From the NCBI GenBank assembly GCA_038087875.1, contig CM075988.1, forward strand, positions 6,884,001 through 6,948,000: a DNA stretch of 64,000 nucleotides. The letters are read 5' to 3'. Below, one piece after another: positions 54,202 through 64,000 of this stretch (positions are counted from its first letter, which is position 1; the number at the start of each line of letters is the position of its first letter). The notes under the pieces were generated by a model. The model did not search any database. It was not told where the DNA came from and was given only the letters and a program-made list of their open reading frames with translations. This DNA is from Malacoraja senta. Lineage: Eukaryota. The position numbers were made by a program, and so were the translations under genes.

Positions 54202-55350
54202 AATAATAATAATAATAATAATAATAGATTTATTTTATATAGCGCTTTTCAGGACTCAAAGTCGCTTTACAATTGAGAGTCAGGAATAAACAAAACAAAA
54301 TAGAGCAGTAAGACAGAGGGGAGGGGAACATGGGACTAAGGGTATGCAGAGGTGAAGAGATGGGTCTTGAGGCGGGACTGGAAGATGGTGAGGGACTCAG
54401 AATTTCGGACCGGTTGTGGGAGGGAATTCCAGAGCCTGGGAGATGCCCTGGAGAAGGCTCTGCCTCCAAAAGTGCAGAGGTTTGAATTCGGAGTGGAGAG
54501 GAGACCAGCTGATGTGGATCTGAGGGACCGTGAGGGTTGGTAGGGGGAGAGGAGGTCAATGAGATAAGGGGGGGGCAGGTTGTTGAGGGCTTTGTAGGTG
54601 AGGACCAGGATTTTGTAGGTGATCCGGTGGGAAATGGGAAGCCAGTGAAGTTCTTTGAGAACTGGGGTGATGTGGTGCCAGGAGTTGGTGTGGGTAATGA
54701 GTCGGGCGGCTGCATTCTGGACCAGTTGGAGTCGTTTGATGCTGCTGGAATTGATTCCGAAAAGAAGAGAGTTACAGTAGTCCAGTCGGGAGGAGATGAA
54801 GGCATGGATGAGTCTTTCAGCAGCGGGGGGTGTGAGAGACGATCTGATTTTTGCAATGTTGCGGAGGTGAAAAAATGATGTTTTGACAACATGGCGGATG
54901 TGAGGCTCAAGGGAGAGGGTTGAGTCAAGGATCACGCCAAGGTTGCGTGCCTGAGGAGATGGGGAGACAGTGGTGCCGTCGATAGTGAGAGTGGGGTTGT
55001 TGATTTTAGTGAGTGTTGATTTGGAGCCAATGAGGAGAAATTCTGTTTTGCTACTGTTTAATTTAAGGAAGTTGAGTTGCATCCAAGATTTGATGGCTGA
55101 TAGGCAGGAGTTGATATGGGAGAGAGGGGGGTGGTGGGGGGACTTGGTGCTGAGATAGATCTGGGTGTCATCAGCATAGCAGTGGAAGTCCAGTTTGAAG
55201 TGACGGAGTATATGACCAAGGGGGAGGATGTAGATGATGAAGAGGAGGGGACCAAGGACGGAGCCTTGGGGAACGCCTTGAGTGACAGTGGCTGTGGCAG
55301 AGGTGTGGTTATGGAGAGAGATGAAGTGGGATCGGTTGGAAAGGTAAGAA
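54202..55350 (-). mobile_element. L2-clade LINE, 5'-truncated, uninterrupted RT C-terminal ORF
   Basis: ORF 54336-55388 with GVPQGSVLGPLLF, YADDTQ, SRLDYCNSLL and HITPVLKELHWLPI. (TAT)n tail at 54202-54225. Inserted into a CR1 3' end. Confidence 0.9.
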
Positions 55351-57433
55351 CGGAACCAGAAAATGGAACTAGGTGCCATGGTCAACATGGATGAGTTGTC
55401 GTCAAAGGGCTGATTCCATGCTGTAACTTTAACTATGGCGGGTGGGACAAGGCTCGCATCTCCTCAGTTGGGCCCGGCAACTTGTTTACTGCAGTGGTTG
55501 CACTTCTATCCCGACCTGGATCATATGAGTGACCAGCAAAAGATAAAATCCAGACATTTATCCCTCACGCCAGGTTCCTCATCATCTGCCCACCCAGGTC
55601 AGATCAAAGAACAACGTGGTCATCATGGACATTGATATTTCCCTCCGTCTCTGCCTTTGATGAAAATTAATCGTTGGCCCAGCCAGAAACTGGTTCAGGT
55701 CGCACTTGATAGAAACTCACTGAACTGACTCGTTCAGCTGCACCACTGTGCTACCTGATTTAAACATTATTTTGATAATGGACAATTTCACTGCTTTCCA
55801 AATTATCCTGCATTTCCAAATTATCCTGCATTTGTTTTCCAATCACTTATCGAGGCATCTCGCGAGGGATGCAGAGAGGATGTTTCCTCATGTGGGAGAG
55901 AGAAGGTCTCAGTCACTGTTTAAGATGGAGACAGTACCTGTGACGTGATGGCGCACCTGGTGACATACATCCTTTTCTAAATTCTTTCCTTCCTCTTCAT
56001 AATTTACTTTCAAGATTTTCTTTGTGCCATCAATAAATTCAGAAGCCATACCTTTGATGATTTTTATCTACGTTATTTATATGCCACAGGCGGCATGGTG
56101 GCGCAGCGGTAGAGTTAATGCCTTACAGCACTTGCAGTGCCTGGGACACGGGTTTGGTCCCGACTATGGGTGCTGTCTGTACAAAGTTTGTACATTCTTC
56201 CTGTGACCGCGTGGGTTTTCTCCGAGATCTTCGGATTTCTCCCACACTCCAAAGATGTACAGGTTTGTAGGTTAATTGGTTTGGTCTAAATGTAAATTGT
56301 CCCTAGTGTGCGTTGGATAGTGTTAATATGCGGGGATCGCTGGTCGGTGCGGACTCGGTGGGACGAAAGGCCTGTTTCCGCGCTGTATCTCCAAACTAAG
56401 CTAAGGTCATTTACTCCACACCATCAACAGTGAATTCACGCATGACTGTAAAATGTTTTCTTGTGGCTTTGTGTTGACGAGCTCACAAATTCAACACAAG
56501 AAAATAGGAGCAGGATCAGGCTGTCAGGCACTTCAAACTTGCCCCACCATCCAATACGTTCAGGCTCATGTATTCTCGACTCTTTCTCCATCCCCTCCAT
56601 ACCTCAATTTATTAAATATAAGCACCTTGCATTTTACGTGTGGGTTATATGTTTGAAAAGCAGTGTGTGATTCAAGAACAGGTAAATGAAACATATACGT
56701 GACTACGCTGTCAGTCGTAACTTTGAGCGCGTTGTTCCAAACATACAGGCATGTAAATCAAGCAGGGTTGATTATCACCCTGTGATATTGGAGGTGATGG
56801 AAATGTCGGAGGAGGATGTGTTGGATGCGGAGTCCAGGGGGGAGGACCAGGGGAACTCTGTCCTTGCTGCATCCGGGGAGAGAGGGAGCGAGAGCAGAAC
56901 TCCCAAACACAGAAGAGAAGCAGGTGGGGGGATCCATCTATGACAGCCCGGGGGAAACCACGTTTTATAAAGAATGAGGACATCTCAGATGTCTGTGTAT
57001 GGAAAGAAAGCCACATCTCGGGAGCAGATGTGGTGGAGACAGAGGAATTGAGAGTAGCACTTCATTCATTTGCAGTTTATGATCTGTCTTTTGATTTCTC
57101 TTTCCAAAGTGCAGAGCTAAACTCCCACATCAAAGCAGCTGACATACCACTGCTTCTCAGATGAGATAAACAATTCTTCTGAAACGGGTGTGTAGGAAGG
57201 AACTCCAGATGCTGGTATAAATTGAAGATAGACACAAATTGCTGGAGTAACTCCAGTCTGAAGAAGGGTCTCGACCCAAAATCTCACGTATTCCTTTTCT
57301 CCAGAGATGCTGCCTGGCCCGCTGAGTTATTCCAGCATTTTGTTTCTATCTCGTATTCCACGCAGTTTCTTGAAGGCTTTATTCTGATCCATTGAACTGA
57401 GCCTTGGTCAATCTTTGGTGTTTTTCTTTGTAG

Positions 57434-57554
57434 CTCTTCTACCAGCCAACAGAGCTGCTGTGCCCTGTCACTGGGCACTGGGTGTCCGTGGAACAATGCC
57501 TACCCAAGCTGGAGTTAAGCAAGTTTGCCCGGCTTTACGACGGCGAAGAGCCAG
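57434..57554 (+). CDS. ATE1-like: ATE1-like exon 11 (LFYQPTELLCPVTGHWVSVEQCLPKLELSKFARLYDGEEP)
   Basis: 121 nt, phase 0 to 1, borders tttttctttgtag / CAG|GTGGGT. Homologous to [40 protein letters not shown]. Confidence 0.93.
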
Positions 57555-58987
57555 GTGGGTATCAACTGCAACCAATCTATTATCTGCAGCCGTTGGAAAT
57601 CATAGAATATTAGATTCATAGTATGGTTACAACACTGGATGGCATGCTGGCGCAGTGTGAGAATTGCTGCCTTACAGCGCCAGAGACCTAGGTTGGATCC
57701 TGACTATGGGTGCTGTCTGTACGGAGTTTGCATGTCTTCCCCTTGACCACATGGGTTTCCTTCGGGTGCTCCGATTTCTTCCCACATTCCAAAGATGTGC
57801 AGGTCGGTAGGTTAATTGGCTTCTGTAAATTGTCCCTCTGCCATGACTCGGTGGGCCAAAGGGCCTGTTTCCACTCTATGTCTCTAAACTAATATAAACA
57901 CAGGAGGCCATTCAACCCATTGAAAAAAGTTGTGGATATAGTCCAGATCAATACGCAGACCTGCCTCCTAAACATCAAATCCATTTAAACGTGGAGACGC
58001 AGCCAACAGAATCAAAACCTGCTCATTCTCTCTTCTATCGTCTCGCATTGGGTGCAAAGCCAAAAGCTTGAAAGCATATACCACAAGATTTGGGAACAAC
58101 TTCCCCCACCTCTTATCAGCTGACTGAATGTTCCTCCCATATGATAGGGTCTAGTGCCAACCTTCCAGACCTTGGACCTTTTCTCTTGAAGGGAGGCACA
58201 GTGGTGCATCAGTTGAGCAGCTGCTTCAGAGCGCCAGCGTCCCGGGTTCGATCCTGGCTATGGGCATTGTCTGCACGGAGTTTGTACGTTCTCCCTGTTA
58301 CTATGCGGGTTTCTCCGGGTGCTCCCATTTCCTCCCATATTCCGAGGACGTGCAGGTTTGTAGGTGAATTGGCTTCTGTAAATTGTCCCCAGTGTGTGGT
58401 ATCACCCTCTATCCCTGTAACTGTGACCCTTCCTTCCATGAACAATTCTCATCAAACTTTTCTGCACCCTCTCTATTGCCTTCACAACCTTTTTATAAAG
58501 TGAGGACCAGAATTGAACTCTCTCACTGCAGAAGAAATCAGACAAGTGTTCAGCAGGACTTCCTTTACACACTGTGCCTTAATTATTGGTATTGCCATTG
58601 GCTTATTATGCACGTGTACAGGGATAAAGTGAAAAGTCTTTGTTTTGCATGCTAACGGACAAATTATATCATACATGAGTACATCTGGAGTGCAAGGCCA
58701 CCAACATGATCAAGGCCGAGTCTCACCGGAGCACCTGGAGAAAACCCATGTGGTTACAGGGAGAACGTGCAAACTCTGCACAGACAGCACCCATAGTCAG
58801 GATCGAACCCGGGTCTCTGGCGCTGTAAGGCAGCAACTCTACCGCTGCACCACCGTGCCACCTCTTATCCCAGTGAGATACAAGGAAGTTTTACCACAAA
58901 GTATCTGCCACAAACAGGCAAAAATCTGTCATCACTTCCCATAAAACTACATGGAGGAATATAATAACATCTGCCTTTTTGTTACAG

Positions 58988-59229
58988 CTGTTGATTGCGG
59001 CCTGTCCAACGAAGGCCTTTGGTTTCTGCGGAATTTCCGGGACACACTGAGCCCGTCTTCCTCGGCCTCGGTGCAGACGGAGGAAGCCATGCTCGTGGTA
59101 TCTCAGGAGGACCTGGTCTCCATCCACTCCTCTTCGCCCTCAGCCTGGTGGAAGCACCTGCCCTGCCTCGCCCGCCTGCTGAGCTGCTGCTGCCGAGGCA
59201 GCTGGTGCAGGAAGGAAGAGGAGAGCTGA
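58988..59229 (+). CDS. ATE1-like: ATE1-like terminal coding exon (AVDCGLSNEGLWFLRNFR...WWKHLPCLARLLSCCCRGSWCRKEEES*)
   Basis: Acceptor ctttttgttacag in the phase required by exon 11, GC-rich open frame to TGA at 59227-59229. Similarity to human exon 12 is weak (AVD..S.E, EEA). Confidence 0.7.
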
Positions 59230-62200
59230 CCCCCCCACACCCCCGCCCCGCTTGCACTGACCGCCAGGCAGCTGGCAGCTCCATCAGAAAGCAGGTCCAG
59301 AAGGTGGAGCAAGGGAGCGAGAGATGGGGAACGTCACCAACCTGGTGCCTGAAGTCCATTCTTGAGAGGGAAGCAATGGAAACCTTAAACAGACACTTCA
59401 ACTTTCCTTGAATCCACAGTGAACGCAAAAAAGTCCTCAAAGCCCAGCATGGATCAAGATTCATAGAGTCTTACAGCATGGAAGCCGACCCAACTTGTCC
59501 GCGCCGGCCAACATGTACCATCTACACTAGTCTCACCTGCCTGCATTTGGCCATATCCCTCTTAGCATGTCCTATCCATGTACCTGTCTAAATGTTTCTT
59601 AAAAGTTGCGATAGTACCTGACTCAACTACCTCCTCTGGCAGCTCGTTCCATACACCTACCATCCTTTGCGTGAAAAAGTTACCCCTCAGATTCCTATTA
59701 AATCTTTCCCCCCGCACCTTAAAACTATATCCTCTGGTTCTCCATTCCACGACTCTGGGCAAGAGACTCTGTGCGTCTACCCGATCTATTCCTCTTGTTT
59801 TCTTGGATCTGGATGATCCATTAAGTTCCTTTTCCTCTTTATCACAAGATGATCAGCATTTGTGATTCTACCAGTTTACAGATGATAGCCATTGAGGTGA
59901 AAGGGAGTGTCATTGATGCATCCTCTCAGGATAGTAGTTCATTTTTGTAACAGTTTTGAATACAGCTGGATACTAAAGGGCTGGAATTGAACTCTGGCAA
60001 CAGCACAATGCCGACGGCAATGGGAAGGTGAGACATGAAATGGGTGACTGTTTTTGCTGCCTTCTGCTTTGCCTTTGTCACCATCTAGACATTAACCCGC
60101 TATATTTCTGTCTTATTCTGATTCAAATTGCACCTTAGTTCAGCACATCCCTGCCACAAATGTTATGACGAAGATATATTGATTCAACAAGTCTCTAGCT
60201 GAAGAAAATGGTCAACTGGTAATGGGCTGCAGAAGAAGCTAGTCTGGTGAAACCATCTCTGCACTCCTCAAACGAAGGCAGCATCTGAATGGTAATTTGT
60301 GCAAACCACGGGAACTTTGAAGAAACAAGGAACCTCGGATGCTGGTTTACCAAAGAAAGACACAAAATGCTGGAGTAACTCAGCGGGTCAGGCAGCACAT
60401 GGATAGATGGGCACGGTGGCGCAGTGGTAGAGTTGTTGCCTTACATCGCCAGAGACCCTGGTTCGATCCTGACTACGGGTGCTATCTGTACGGAGTTTGT
60501 ACGTTCTCCCATGTGGGTTTTCTCCGGGTGCTCCGGTTTCCTACCATATTCCAAAGACGTGCAGGTTCTATAAGTTGTCCCTGGTGTGTAGGATAGAACT
60601 TGTGTATGGGTGATTGTTGGTCGGCACGGACTCGGTGGGCCAAAGGGCCTGTTTCCGTGCTGTATCTCTGAACTGAACAAAGGTTCTCAACCCGAAATGT
60701 CACCTATCCATATTGTCCAGGGATGCTGCCTGACCCACAGAGTTACACCGGCGTTTTGTGTCCTTCACCAGGAATTCTGCTTTCATTTGGGTGGTGATTT
60801 TCTAATTAGGAACTTTAATTAATGGAGGTGAAGGGGAGAAATTATTTCACCTTCAGGATTCTATGTAGAGGGAGCAAACAAGAAGAGTTCACTGCTTTGG
60901 ATCTTGTACAGTAACTGTGAATAGATCAGCTAAGGCCCCGTTAGGATTAAGGATTTCAGATCCAAATCTGGACATCATCCCAATAGCATTGTTGAAAAGA
61001 TATTTTTTGTATATAAATCCCTGGATAAAGCACCACCTGTATTCTAAGAGCTGCATGATGAATGAACTACAGCATGATGGTTGCAGCTCACTCTGCCTTA
61101 GTTATAATGGTCGTTATAGTTAATATAAGTCGATACTCAGGTGTTTACCAACCAGCGCAATTGTGAACCCAAGTGCCTGACGGGGAATGTATTTACGAGC
61201 AGTCCTGCACCATGACCACTGGATGGCAGCAGTGGGCATATGCAGTACCATCCAGTGGCCAAAAATCAATACAGGCACTCCCTGACTTACACGCTGAGCG
61301 ACTTACGTGAACACGCACACACACAAACTATTATGTACTCGGTCCCTTGTGCAATTAAGGCAGTTTATTATTTCCACAACACTGCAGTTTACATTGGAAG
61401 CAAGCCAGCAATAGACAATAGACAATAGGTGCAGGCGTTGGCCATTCGGCCCTTCAAGCCAGCTGATCATCCACAATCAGTACCCCGTTCCTGCCTTCTC
61501 CCCATATCCCCTGACTCCGCTATCTTCAAGAGCCCTTTCTGGTGGAGGTGCACCACCTGGCGGAGGTACTTACCCAGGAGGCCGTGCGCCACGGAAAGTG
61601 CCCTGTTGGCCAGAGTTAGTGATTCAGACTTGTGTGAAATCTGACTCGCGTAAGCATTTACGGAAAGTAGCCTTGCTTAATTCGGGGAGTGCTTGTATCA
61701 AATCCCCAAATGTATTAAATGATTTTGCTTCGTTCCTAAGAGCCACATTTACCTGGCATTCGTTTCACCCTCCTGTTCACTGCAGCATCTCCTTATCTCA
61801 TGTATAATCCACTGTTTGTTGGTACTGACATGGTCCCTGCAAGGCCTTGTGGCTTCCAGGAGTCAGTAACATCCCCTAGGCACTGCCAGGAGCAACTCAG
61901 GAAAATCAGTAGAGGCATTAAAATGTCTTTCTTTAAATTCTATTTCAACACTATTATTTAAAAATATTGCTCATGGATCAATAAAGGCATAAAGTGTAGG
62001 AAGGAACTGCAGATGCTGGTTTACACTGAAGATAGACACAAAATGCTGAAATAACTCAGCTGGCTAGGCAGCATCTCTGGAGAAAATGAATAGGTGACGT
62101 TTCGGATTGAGACCCTTCTTCAGACTGAGAGTCAAGGGAAATGGAATAGAGAGATATAAAAAGGCTCATTAAAAAAATGAATGAATGAAAGGTAATGAAT

Positions 62201-64000
62201 GATATTTTTTCTATGTGTCTTTATTTCTCTCGTTTCTCTCTCACCTGACTCAGACTGAGGAAGGTTCCCGACCCGAAATGTCACATTCCATTTCTCCAGA
62301 GATGCTGCCTTATCCGCTGAGTAACTCCAGCAATTTAGCAACTGTCTGTGGTCAGTAAAAGCAGTTTCATTGATAACCAATAATTCACAAATCAGGTAAA
62401 GGAGAAGTCTATTCACCTTCTGATTGGTGTAGGAAAACAGTGTATTACAATGGGTATATATGGATCTGCAGATGCTGAATTCTGAGCAAGACACAAAGTA
62501 CTGGAGTAACTCAGCGACTCGGAAAGCATCTGTGGAGGGAATGGATATATGATGTTTCGGATCAGGACCCTTCTTCAGATGAACTGCGTAGGAAGGACCT
62601 GCAGATGCTGGTTTACACTGAAGATAGACACAAAATGCTGGAGTAACTCAGCGGGACAGACAGCCTTTCTGGAGACAAAGGTGACGTTTCGGGTCGAGAC
62701 CCTTCTTCAGACAGAGTCAGGGGAGAGGAAAACGAGAGATATGGAAAGGGAAGGTGTGAAAACGAGAGATCAAAGACTGCAACTTTGATCCTGGTTGGCC
62801 CGAACTGGGAGACCTGGAAACGGAGCTGGACATCACGTGGGACAAGATGGCAGTGAAGGCTAATGTTGAGGACATATATGTGTCTGCGTTAACTAGCGAG
62901 TGTGGGTCAGACCAGTGCCAAAGTGCAAGAGAGCCGCAGGAATCACGGAAGGGGAGCAGTGAGGGATTGTCTCTCAGAACTCCTATTGGAGAGAGGAGAA
63001 CTTCTTCCGAGGAAGGGTCCTGAACCAAACCATCACATGGGTATTCCCTCCACAGATGCTGCCTGACCTACTGAGTTATCTCAGTACTTTGTGTTTTATT
63101 CATAGTGGGGGGTATGTCTGGCAAGCAATATTAGGAGAGTGGGGCAATGGATATCAGGTAGCCCGTTGGGGACTGATGCATGAATGTGCGTAGAATTCAC
63201 AATTCTTGTGCCCAGTTGGGTTGTGCTCTTTATGTTTTGGATATATTGCATATTTCAGACTGGAGAACATATATTCTGGAACTGGGTGTAAAACTGACAC
63301 AGGTGCTCTTGTTGAAAAATTCGAAGCAAAATGTGGAAAGATGTTGTCAAAGACCAGTGGACAACGAGGCCGAAAATGAGGGTTTCGTAGGAAGAATAAT
63401 GTGGGAGAAAGGAATAGTCTGAGGTGTGAACATGGAGAGGGGGGTTGGGGCAAAGCTGGGGGGTCATAGAGTCATATAATGATACAGTGTGGAAACAAGC
63501 CCTTTGGACCAACTTGCCCACACCGGCTAACATGTCCCAGCTACACTAGTCCCACCTGCCAGCATTTGGTCCATATCCCTCCAAACCTGTCCTATCCATG
63601 TGCTTGTCTAACTGTTTCTTAAACTTTGGGATAGTCCCTGCCTCAACTACCTCCTCTGGCAGCTTGTTCCATACACCCACCGCCCTTTGTGTGAAATGGT
63701 TACCCCTCATATTCCTATTAAATCTTTTCCCCTTCACCTTGAACCTATGTCCTCTGGTCCTCGATTCACCTACCCGATCTATTCCTCTCATGATCTTATA
63801 CACCTCTCTAAGGTCATCCCTCATCCTCCTGCGCTCCAAGGCATATACTGCAGTCCCAGCCTACTCAATCTCTGCCGATAGCTCAGACCTTCTAGTCCTG
63901 GCAACATCCTCGTAGATCTTCTCTGTACCCAGCTTGACAACATCTTTCAAGTATTTCAAGAGATGACAACAAAGACATACTCAAAGAACATGAAGAGATG

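Overview
Repeat-dense vertebrate genomic DNA, most likely a cartilaginous fish such as a skate or ray. This is inferred from abundant HE1-type V-SINEs, HER1/CR1 LINE fragments and Penelope-derived short repeats. The window holds one multi-exon + strand gene that the ORF track misses: a strongly diverged homolog of ATE1 (arginyl-tRNA--protein transferase, Arg/N-degron pathway). I find exon 1 (CGYC motif) at 2219-2333 and homologs of human exons 6-12 between 40645 and 59229. Exons 7, 8, 10 and 11 have the sizes and phases I recall for vertebrate ATE1. The protein departs from normally invariant ATE1 motifs, shows only one exon-7 variant and ends in a new Cys-rich tail, so it looks like a second vertebrate ATE1 (paralog) rather than the ortholog. 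Exons 2-5 are not visible and may lie in the assembly gap at 38976-39175. Exon 9 is two single G bases short as assembled, which is either sequencing error or pseudogenisation. The introns contain a near-intact Penelope element, many hammerhead-ribozyme-bearing Penelope derivatives, a deleted DIRS element whose deletion is filled by a (TTAGGG)n array, a ~570-bp internally deleted HERO-like retroelement, the 3' half of a Gypsy element, an L2 fragment and Harbinger-type MITEs. All homology calls rest on my recall of the families; no database search was run.
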